A stretch of DNA of 64,000 nucleotides from Candidatus Saccharimonadia bacterium. Its GTDB lineage: Bacteria > Patescibacteriota > Saccharimonadia > UBA4664. The stretch's first letter is position 1. Each line of letters opens with the position of its first letter. The notes beneath the pieces were generated by a model that saw only the letters and a list, made by a program, of their open reading frames with translations, searched no databases and was not told the DNA's origin. The stretch covers positions 299-64,298 of the forward strand of contig DATKIP010000076.1 in the NCBI GenBank assembly GCA_035544015.1. Direction: 5' to 3'. Both the position numbers and the translations under genes were made by a program. This document shows positions 56,579-64,000 of this stretch, piece by piece.

Positions 56579-56637
56579 CATTCAGCCTAGTAAAAGGCAC
56601 CCGACAGAGTAGCCGATCGCAACCGAAGGAGCCGAAG

Positions 56638-56775
56638 ATGGACGATATCGTGAACGAATTCCTGCACGGGCCCGTAGCTACGCAGGCGGGAATCGCCGCC
56701 ATGATCATCGCTGCCCTCGTGGTGGTCTCCCTGATGGTCAAGTGGCTCATCGCGTACAACCGCGAAGACCGCTAG
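56638..56775 (+). CDS. 45-aa single-TM small protein, not in the ORF track
   Basis: MDDIVNEFLHGPVATQAGIAAMIIAALVVVSLMVKWLIAYNREDR; AAGGAG RBS; GC3-rich. Confidence 0.7.
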   Translation: MDDIVNEFLHGPVATQAGIAAMIIAALVVVSLMVKWLIAYNREDR

Positions 56776-56930
56776 CCCAGCGCCCCCACCCCTTCTACCC
56801 GGCGACTACTCTGTCGCCAACCTGAGCCTTTAATGGCGTATTAAAATCTCGGGTTGGACTCAAAAAATCATATTGACCAAACAAAAACCGCACACTATCC
56901 TATGATAAAATTACCTCACAGGAGCTAGCC

Positions 56931-57200
56931 ATGACCACACCCGACCTCACCACTATCAGTACTGTCGCCTCCACCGTCGCCGTTGTGATGGGGGGATTCT
57001 TGTGGCTTGCCAGTCGCATTTTTGGTCTAGGTAAAAACGCCGAACGGCTCGACACCACCATTGAGCGGCTCGATTCCATCGAATCCGACATCGCCTCCCT
57101 CAAATCCGAAATGCGTACCGATATCAATGCCGTCCGCAACGACCTCAATCAGCGCATGGACAAGCTTATCCTCACCATTGCCGATTCTCGGAAGAAATAA
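56931..57200 (+). CDS. small TM + coiled-coil protein
   Basis: AGGAG RBS, own promoter, heptad pattern. Confidence 0.7.
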   Translation: MTTPDLTTISTVASTVAVVMGGFLWLASRIFGLGKNAERLDTTIERLDSIESDIASLKSEMRTDINAVRNDLNQRMDKLILTIADSRKK

Positions 57201-58221
57201 ACAGCGGCTCCGGCTCCAGCCTCACGCCAAATTTGTCATCCACCTTGGCCACGATAAACTCCACCAGTTTCACCAGGTCCGCGTACCCCGCGTGGTGCGG
57301 ATTAGTGATCACGAGGGCGTGGTCGGCATGCAGTCGCAGGCCAAAATATTCCGCGCCCTTCAGTCCGCATTGATCCAGCAGCCACCCCGCCGCCAACTTG
57401 TAGCCGTCGCCATATTCGTAGGCCGGCATATCCGGATATCGCCGCCGCAGCCGCTCCAGCACGTATGGCTCCACGATCGGATTCTTGAAAAACGATCCCG
57501 CATTTGGCACCACGCTCGGATCGGGCAAAATCTTCGACCGAACGCTCATCACCGCGCTCCGAATCTGCGCCAGTGTTGGGCGGGGCGTCTCATGCGCCTC
57601 CAAATACCGCTTGAGAGAGGCATACGTCGGTTCGGCCGGCGCTTTCTTCGAGAGCCGCAGCGTGATGCCCACAATTACGTACCGCCCCGCCAGTTCGTGC
57701 TTAAATGCGCTGTCGCGATACCCAAAACCGCAACTCCCGGGCGCCAACGTCACCACTCGGTGTTCCTGCCGGTCGTACGCCTCCACCAACACCAGGGTGT
57801 CGGCGATCTCCTGGCCGTAAGCCCCCGCGTTTTGCACCGGCGTAGCCCCGGCCGTCCCCGGTATCATCGACATCGCCTCGATGCCGGCCCAGCCGCGCTT
57901 CACCGCCCGGTCCACCACCCCATCCCAATGCTCACCGGCGCCGATCTCAACCGTGGCGCTCTCGTCATCCTCGGCCACCACCTCAAACCCTGGAATCTCC
58001 ACCTTGATCACGAGGCGGTGGAGGGGCTCGTCGCTCACGATCACATTGGACCCCTCGCCGAGCACCAGCACCTCCACGCCCTCGTCCTCGGCCCAAGCAC
58101 AGGCCTCCATCACCGTCGCCACATCGCCGGCCGGCACAAAATAATCGCACACCCCTCCCACCTGCATCGTGGTGTAGGGCGCCAGCTCCACGTGTTCCGC
58201 AATTGAAGCAGGCTTTGGCAT
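57172..58221 (-). CDS. murB: UDP-N-acetylmuramate dehydrogenase
   Basis: LGEGSN, IPGT.GATPVQNAGAYG, FGYRDS.FK, AGSFFKNP, HALV, LEPE. Confidence 0.96.
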   Translation of the reverse strand: MPKPASIAEHVELAPYTTMQVGGVCDYFVPAGDVATVMEACAWAEDEGVEVLVLGEGSNVIVSDEPLHRLVIKVEIPGFEVVAEDDESATVEIGAGEHWDGVVDRAVKRGWAGIEAMSMIPGTAGATPVQNAGAYGQEIADTLVLVEAYDRQEHRVVTLAPGSCGFGYRDSAFKHELAGRYVIVGITLRLSKKAPAEPTYASLKRYLEAHETPRPTLAQIRSAVMSVRSKILPDPSVVPNAGSFFKNPIVEPYVLERLRRRYPDMPAYEYGDGYKLAAGWLLDQCGLKGAEYFGLRLHADHALVITNPHHAGYADLVKLVEFIVAKVDDKFGVRLEPEPLFISSENRQW

Positions 58222-58622
58222 CAGAGCGTCTGGCGCGCTTCGGTGAGCAAACCCAGCACCTTCACCAAATCCGCCGCCTCCTGCTCGGTCACGTCCTCGT
58301 CGGGCCGATCGGCAGCGTGCCCCGGCTGGTTGCCGAAGATCATGGCATTCTCGTACTTGGTCATCCGGTGATCGCTAAATATCTGATAACCCGTTTCTTG
58401 CACCCCGCCTTCAACGCGCTCGAGCACCTGTACCTTGATGCGCGGCACGGCGGTCTCCGCCACGTTGCAATGGGTCAGGTACACGAGCCGATTCTCGTTC
58501 GTCAGGTATTTCTTGGTCGCAATCGTCACCACCGGGTCCTGAAGCTTGTCGGCCAAGTACCAGTTCACGGTATTCTCAATATCATTTTTGGTGGCCTCGG
58601 AGGCCGGAGATTGACTGCTCAT
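58221..58622 (-). CDS. hypothetical protein
   Basis: Abuts murB; -10-like box just upstream of the ATG. Confidence 0.65.
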   Translation of the reverse strand: MSSQSPASEATKNDIENTVNWYLADKLQDPVVTIATKKYLTNENRLVYLTHCNVAETAVPRIKVQVLERVEGGVQETGYQIFSDHRMTKYENAMIFGNQPGHAADRPDEDVTEQEAADLVKVLGLLTEARQTL

Positions 58623-58703
58623 ATATTTAGCATAACCGACAATTTGACGGCCGTCCAAACGGGGCCGCATACTGAGAATATAATTAAAGTGAGCTTAAGC
58701 CCC

Positions 58704-59357
58704 ATGGACAAGCAGCCGGCAATCTATATTTCCAATCCGTTTGAGCTCATCAAACCCTCGTTTCAAGCCTTTAAACTCGTTTGGTGATAGCGATTTTCCT
58801 GGGTGGCCCATCGGCGGGATACTCAGCGTCCTACTGGGCGTTCTGTTAGTTTTTTACGGCATCGGCTACTTTGGCTGGGCGATTACCAAGCTCACCATCG
58901 GTGCCGCCCGGGGCCGGCGGATGTCGTTATCGTGCCCGGCATTATCTTCACGGCCTGGTTCTCGCTGGCAGCCTATGTGATAGTCGAGGAGGGCGCGTGG
59001 GGCACTGCTGCGCTGCGTCGCTCGCGTGAGCTCGTCCGTGGCCGCACCTGGGACGTCATCGGCACCATGTTCCTGTCCTCGAGTCTCAGCGTTATCACGA
59101 TCGTCCCCGTCCTCGGTACGCTGGCATATCTGGCGCTCACCCTCGTCCTCACGCCCGTGTACGCCGTGCGCTACGTGCAGCTCGTAGAGCTCAAGAAGCT
59201 CCCCGACTGGGAGTCCACGCCCACCAGCCCCCTCAACTACCTCGCGCTCGCTGCCGGCCTCATCTTTACCGGCGTCACCTACAACAACGACTTCCAAAAA
59301 TCCCTCCACGACCTGCAGCAAAACTCATCAGTTGAGAAAAGTACCCAACCGTACTAA
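58704..59357 (+). pseudogene. broken multi-pass membrane protein (GDPD-membrane-domain-like)
   Basis: Coherent pieces in three frames: NPFELIKPS..., GILSVLLG...TIGAARG, and VPGIIF..WFSLA...ALRRSRELVRGR. Confidence 0.6.
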
Positions 59358-59384
59358 GATAGCTCGAGTCCAATCTCTCGCTAC

Positions 59385-59460
59385 GCGCCTGTAGCTCAGG
59401 GGATAGAGCACCAGTTTCCGGTACTGGGTGTCGGGGGTTCGAATCCCTCCAGGCGCACCA
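59385..59460 (+). tRNA. tRNA-Arg(CCG)
   Basis: Anticodon arm CCAGT-TT-CCG-GT-ACTGG, GTTCGAA, CCA. Confidence 0.95.
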
Positions 59461-59525
59461 ATGTTCTTATTTCTGCCCGGCCAAATCGATATTGTAGTAC
59501 GGTAAATGTTCGGTATAATTGCCGC

Positions 59526-59956
59526 ATGACGTACAAAGATTTTGGTGGTTGGAGCGTCCAAAAACTGACTCTTGAGCAATCGACGAACGAGAGGTATTTC
59601 TACGAACGTGAGATATGGTGGGCCAGTATTGGTCACAATATGGCAGCGAAGAAGATGGTAAAGGCGCGAGTTATTCACGACCAGTCCTAGTTTTCAGAAA
59701 GTTCAACAAAGCACTGTTTTACGGCCTACCATTATCGACCACGACCCGATCGGGCAAATACTACTTCGGCATTACCACGTTAGGAATTGACGATAAGGTA
59801 TTGCTCACCCAAATGCGGGCATACGACGCGAAGCGGCTAATAAACAAAATCGGGATTATTACTCTCGAAGAACAAACAGCCATTAAGCGACAGTTCATTG
59901 CAATTATTCGTGATATTCGAAGAGAAAAAATTGAACCCCCGCTTGCGCAGGGGTGA
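59526..59956 (+). pseudogene. PemK/MazF-family toxin with one frameshift
   Basis: MTYKDF..W...FYEREIWWASIGHN joins GSEEDGKG...RPVLVFRKFN...GLPLST...QMRAYD.KRL after a 1-nt shift near 59640. Confidence 0.8.
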
Positions 59957-59973
59957 GTCCGAAGACCATTTGT
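59925..59973 (-). ncRNA. candidate ~50-nt RNA convergent with the toxin
   Basis: TTGACC-17-TAGGAT promoter (60008-59980); UUCG hairpin, GCAA hairpin and U tract. Confidence 0.55.
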
Positions 59974-60052
59974 AAATCTATCCTACCGTCATGAGACTTA
60001 ATGGTCAAGTTTTAATGCCCCCGAGCCTCTTTTGTTCTGGTATTCTATATGC

Positions 60053-60799
60053 ATGTTAATCACTTTTGTTGATTCGTTAGCCCGGCCGGCCGGTTCGCTA
60101 TGGCAGAGACTTCAGTCTAGCAGTCACGATGACACATTCAATGTTGCCTCTCCCTTGTCGAGTACGCCGTTTCCGATTTATCAATGGATTTTAGAAAACA
60201 GCGGGGATTTTACAAACTGGGATAAAACTAATTTGGTGCTTATGGATGAGCAGGTCGACGGCGATCAGCCACCATACCGTTATATTCCGTTGGAAGATCC
60301 GGCCAGCTATGAAGCGTTTGCTCGTCGCTCGCTGCTTGACCAACTATCCGAAAAAACTGGTGTCAGCATTGATGTCATCAAGCCTAGACTGGAAACCATC
60401 GATTCATTCAATACGAGAATCGACCTACTCGTACTGGCGCTGGGAATCGACGGCAACTATGCCAACGTAATGCCTGGTACGCCAGAGTCAGGCGGCTGGC
60501 ACATCGCGCACCTTACGCCGGCGTTCCGGCAAACACACACCAAAACAGGAAGCAAGTCCTACGAGAACGCCAAGTTTCGCGAATTTGGAATGTCACTCGG
60601 GCCGCAGCAAGTTCTCGAGGCGAAGAATGTCGTAGTTATCATCAGCGGCCCACAAAAACACGATCTAGCTACGCAACTGCTAGCTTATAGGGAGTTCGAC
60701 CCGACGTTCCCATTATCAATTATCTATCATCCCGAAGTGATTGATCGAGTGCAGATCTTTATTGCGAATGATGTTGGAATCGAAGGATCAAAATCCTGA
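60053..60799 (+). CDS. glucosamine-6-phosphate deaminase / 6-phosphogluconolactonase family protein
   Basis: STP.P.Y, LMDEQ, IDLLVLALG.DG.YA, SLG, ISG..K. Confidence 0.8.
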   Translation: MLITFVDSLARPAGSLWQRLQSSSHDDTFNVASPLSSTPFPIYQWILENSGDFTNWDKTNLVLMDEQVDGDQPPYRYIPLEDPASYEAFARRSLLDQLSEKTGVSIDVIKPRLETIDSFNTRIDLLVLALGIDGNYANVMPGTPESGGWHIAHLTPAFRQTHTKTGSKSYENAKFREFGMSLGPQQVLEAKNVVVIISGPQKHDLATQLLAYREFDPTFPLSIIYHPEVIDRVQIFIANDVGIEGSKS

Positions 60800-60824
60800 T
60801 TCGCTCAACGAAGGAATATTAATC

Positions 60825-61562
60825 ATGACCGATCCCGAACACTCAAAATCAGCCGAACTGCCGACGCCCCCCCCGCGCCCTAATCCCGAATACCTAGGGC
60901 CATCCGGCCTGGCCATTGAGCGGATTGAGCAAGCCCGGCTCTTTCCCAAAGAAAAAGTGGATCTTTTGCTGGTAGCTCTCGGTGAAAAACCAGCCACCCT
61001 ACATCGCTTATCATCCCCCGCCTGGGCTCCCGGCGAGACGCAGCAGGGCGTACCCGAAGACGAATTTCAGGCCTACATGACCGCCGCCGAGGCTACCGGT
61101 CTTGCCGTAGAGGTGGGTCCCGACCATGTAGTAAATCCTGCCGCTGAGTACATACGTGGCACCGACGGTGAAGTCGTATATCGACAAAACCCCAGCTATT
61201 GGGACGCCCGAGTTGCCGGGGGCGAGCAGGAAACCTGGCGCACCATTTTCGTGGCCCGCGACCAGCCAACGCTTGAATTCATCAAGGCCGCCGACGCCGC
61301 CAATGATGCTCGTGCGCTCGGCCAGGCCTACGGGTTCCCCGAAACCGCCACCGACGCCTATCTCGCCGGGCATATCGAGCATGCATCGGCCGTCGGCGAG
61401 AGCGACCCAGCCGTGCTGGCATTTGCGGCCTACGGCCTTTCGCCGGAACACGGCGCCGAAGAGCTGGCCGTGGCTCGCCGTTGGGCCGACGCCGTGCGCC
61501 AGGCCAGCCCCCGCATCGCCGACGAACTCATCAACTACGATCCCCGCACGTTCCGAAAATAA
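60825..61562 (+). CDS. hypothetical protein
   Basis: Long ORF; GEKPA and LG.AYGFPETA motifs. Confidence 0.7.
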   Translation: MTDPEHSKSAELPTPPPRPNPEYLGPSGLAIERIEQARLFPKEKVDLLLVALGEKPATLHRLSSPAWAPGETQQGVPEDEFQAYMTAAEATGLAVEVGPDHVVNPAAEYIRGTDGEVVYRQNPSYWDARVAGGEQETWRTIFVARDQPTLEFIKAADAANDARALGQAYGFPETATDAYLAGHIEHASAVGESDPAVLAFAAYGLSPEHGAEELAVARRWADAVRQASPRIADELINYDPRTFRK

Positions 61563-61635
61563 ATCCCACCCCCTATCCATTTGCCGCGGTATATGCTATA
61601 AATTCCTAAGTTGCGCCGGATGCGCGAACCCGCGT

Positions 61636-61711
61636 GCGCTCGTAGCTCAGTGGATAGAGCACTAGGCTTCGAACCTAGGTGTCGGGGGTTCGAGTCCCTC
61701 CGAGCGCACCA
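61636..61711 (+). tRNA. tRNA-Arg(TCG)
   Basis: Anticodon arm CTAGG-CT-TCG-AA-CCTAG, CCA. Confidence 0.93.
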
Positions 61712-61722
61712 GTTAACATTTT

Positions 61723-61799
61723 GGGCCATTAGCTCAGTTGGTTAGAGCAGCTGCCTCTTAAGCAGCGTGTCCTGGGTTCGAGTCCCAGATGGCCCTCCA
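61723..61799 (+). tRNA. tRNA-Lys(CTT)
   Basis: Anticodon arm GCTGC-CT-CTT-AA-GCAGC, CCA. Confidence 0.95.
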
Positions 61800-61840
61800 G
61801 GAATTATATTTTGGCTCTGCAAAGGCCTAAACATGTCCAA

Positions 61841-61868
61841 CAAAAAGCCCTCAAAACGGGGCTTTTTG
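61841..61868. terminator. terminator after the tRNA pair
   Basis: CAAAAAGCCC/GGGCTTTTTG stem. Confidence 0.75.
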
Positions 61869-61891
61869 TTTTTGTTATATATAGTGAGATC

Positions 61892-62242
61892 ATGACAGAA
61901 TCCGTAGACATCGCTAAACTCTACTTTGATCTTTCGAACAATAGCGACTTCGAGGGTATCAAAAAGCTCTTCACTGATACGACACAATACGTCTCGCAGA
62001 ATACGGGCCTCCACACTGGCCGTACCAAAATTATGGAAATGCAGCGAGTATTCCATGCCAAGTTTGCTAACCTGCATTGGCATGTTAATAATATCCAGGA
62101 AGTTAGGCGCGGAGTGATACTTGTTGATTATGATTTCACCGGAGTAACGTCAGGTGGCGAGAAAGTTGAAACCTCAGGTTTCGAATACGTCACTGTCCAA
62201 GATGACAAGATTGTGAAAATAGAAATAAAAAACAAATCCTAG
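61892..62242 (+). CDS. SnoaL/NTF2-like protein
   Basis: YF..SN..DF..I..LF, G.EY.TV.D.KI..IEI. Confidence 0.8.
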   Translation: MTESVDIAKLYFDLSNNSDFEGIKKLFTDTTQYVSQNTGLHTGRTKIMEMQRVFHAKFANLHWHVNNIQEVRRGVILVDYDFTGVTSGGEKVETSGFEYVTVQDDKIVKIEIKNKS

Positions 62243-62341
62243 CTCATCAGGGCTATGCAAACGCAACAATATAAAGCTTGGTCGCGCATCGAACTTGAGT
62301 TGCAACAGCCAGCACGATAGCCCTCCATAGCGCTTATGCTT

Positions 62342-62367
62342 AGAAAAGACCCCAGTGGGTCTTTTCT
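62342..62367. terminator. bidirectional terminator
   Basis: AGAAAAGACCC/GGGTCTTTTCT. Confidence 0.75.
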
Positions 62368-62552
62368 TGTTATGACCGATTTATGAACAGCGGCCAGTCG
62401 TTTACATCTTATTGCTTGAGCGGGCAGAATATACCTAGCTGTGACTCATTCTATCTATTCCCAGATCCATGCCTATTTTCGGGAATTATTTTGTTATCTT
62501 ATCCCCATCTAGACTGGCCGTCAGCAGGTCGGCTCCATTATTAAGCGCCTAG

Positions 62553-63614
62553 CTATTGATCGCGCTGCCGCACAAACTCCAGGATGTCGTCTAGTGCGCG
62601 CTGCCCGTCGGCGGTATCGAGGTTGAACTGATATTCATGCGCAAGACTCGGCTGGTGATCGGCTGGATAAAACAGTGAGGTGACGGGTACGCCTAGTGCG
62701 GTCAGGCGTCCTGCCAGCGGTTTGGATTGATGATCAGTCAGCGGATCACCATTACCGCCGCTTATAAAAGTAGGCGGGAAGCTACCCGTGACGTGGTAAT
62801 AAGGAGAAAGCTGCCGGATGAGCGGTCCAGACTTGTCGGGTGATCCACTGAAGGCCCACACTACCCTATCATCCGCCCAGCTAATGATCCTAGGCAGCGA
62901 GGGGGCGGCCTCGGTGAGACCCTCCAATTGATAAATGCCACAAAATAGGATCACGCCCGCTAGCTGTTGCGGCGCAAGGGCGGGCCGTACTCCTACCTCT
63001 TGAGCATAGTCGGGGTTGGTAATGAGGGCGGCCATTTGACTGGATAGTTGAGCTCCGGCTGAGTCGCCGGCCAAGAAAATCTTGTTTGGATCAACGCGAA
63101 AACGCTTGGCGTTGGCCGCTACGTAAGCGTGAGCTGCATTTAACTCAAGAGTCTGAGTTGGCGATGATTTTTCCGGTGCCAAGCTATAATTGAGCGATAC
63201 CACCACCAGGTTGTGAGCGGCAATTGATTTAAAGTAAGGGGCGTCATTGGTTTTGTCACCCGACACCCATGCTCCACCATGCGTCCATATCACTACGGGC
63301 AAGAGTTGACTGCCTTGCTCGGCTGTTTGCGGGATATAGACATCAAGCAGCGCATTTTTGTCGCCGGCCTCGTATGGCTGATCCGATAAAACTGTGATAG
63401 GCGTAGTCGGAGTATATTTTTCGAGTCGGGTCAAAACCGCCTTATCGCTATGGTTAAAGATCGCACGCACCAGCAATGCACCCGGCCATGGATTTACTTG
63501 AAAGGCAATGTAGGCTAACAAAAAAACCAACAAAATACTAAAAGCTATGGCTAGTAGTCGTTTGCTCAACCGGCCCAAAAGGTCTCTAGATGATTTAGAT
63601 TTAACTTTTTTCAT
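62553..63614 (-). CDS. membrane-anchored alpha/beta hydrolase (HSL-like esterase)
   Basis: HGGAW, GDSAG, DPL, HEYQF. Confidence 0.92.
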   Translation of the reverse strand: MKKVKSKSSRDLLGRLSKRLLAIAFSILLVFLLAYIAFQVNPWPGALLVRAIFNHSDKAVLTRLEKYTPTTPITVLSDQPYEAGDKNALLDVYIPQTAEQGSQLLPVVIWTHGGAWVSGDKTNDAPYFKSIAAHNLVVVSLNYSLAPEKSSPTQTLELNAAHAYVAANAKRFRVDPNKIFLAGDSAGAQLSSQMAALITNPDYAQEVGVRPALAPQQLAGVILFCGIYQLEGLTEAAPSLPRIISWADDRVVWAFSGSPDKSGPLIRQLSPYYHVTGSFPPTFISGGNGDPLTDHQSKPLAGRLTALGVPVTSLFYPADHQPSLAHEYQFNLDTADGQRALDDILEFVRQRDQ

Positions 63615-63722
63615 CGCGTATGAATATACGTAATTGTACAAGAATGCGCATCGTATTGGCATGCCGAATCTCAGGGGCAACAGCCGGCACGATTCTTTAT
63701 CTCATTTGCTATACTAATGCCG

Positions 63723-64000
63723 ATGAATAAAAACCTTAACCTTCAGGCGCCCGCCGCGGGTGAGCGAGCGTTGGTCCTCGGCGGTGGCGGATCGGCCGGC
63801 AATGCGTGGCTGATCGGCGTGGTCGCCGGCCTGTTTGAGGCCGGGGTGGATGTGACCAACGCCGACGTGATCATCGGGACATCAGCCGGATCGACCGCCG
63901 CGGCCCAGATCACGAGCGCGACCCCGGCCGAACTGCTTGCCGCCACCCTCGCCGCGCCCCCACCGCGGACCGCTCCGGCCGGATCAGGCGGCGGACCTGC
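63723..64000 (+). CDS. patatin-like phospholipase, truncated by the window end
   Basis: ALVLGGGG..G.AW, IIGTSAG. Confidence 0.88.
   Translation, partial: MNKNLNLQAPAAGERALVLGGGGSAGNAWLIGVVAGLFEAGVDVTNADVIIGTSAGSTAAAQITSATPAELLAATLAAPPPRTAPAGSGGGP

Noticed and set aside
1-64000. Alternative genetic code (UGA recoding as in Gracilibacteria/Absconditabacteria)
   Set aside because: Conserved genes such as ruvB, prs and pilM are full length under code 11 and end at TGA.

Overview
Bacterial chromosomal segment, most consistent with a GC-rich Patescibacteria/CPR genome, probably Saccharimonadia (TM7). This is inferred from the compact pilB-pilC-pilin-pilMNO cluster, the lamin-tail-tsaE-short tsaB-rny-ymdB-HU gene order, and -10 boxes sitting just before many start codons. 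Core content: ruvA/ruvB, a type IV pilus locus, rny, prs, uppP, radC, murB, trxAB, an NrdR-regulated class II (B12) ribonucleotide reductase with cobalamin adenosyltransferase and a putative B12 S-component, several transporters, seven tRNAs, a partial IS transposase and a small degenerate island at tRNA-His. Main observations: (1) about eight dispersed orphan cassettes look actinobacterial (codon usage, Shine-Dalgarno, GC-rich hairpins mostly without U tails, host-type signal peptides) yet have strong AT-rich sigma70 promoters, three sharing TGnTATAAA(G)ACCT; one is a GH26 glycosidase inside the pilus cluster. (2) A frameshifted PemK/MazF-like toxin has a convergent ~50-nt promoter-driven structured RNA as a candidate antitoxin. 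(3) Two unannotated structured non-coding elements lie at ~31.5 kb and ~51.5 kb. Family assignments come from recognising motifs by eye; no searches were run.
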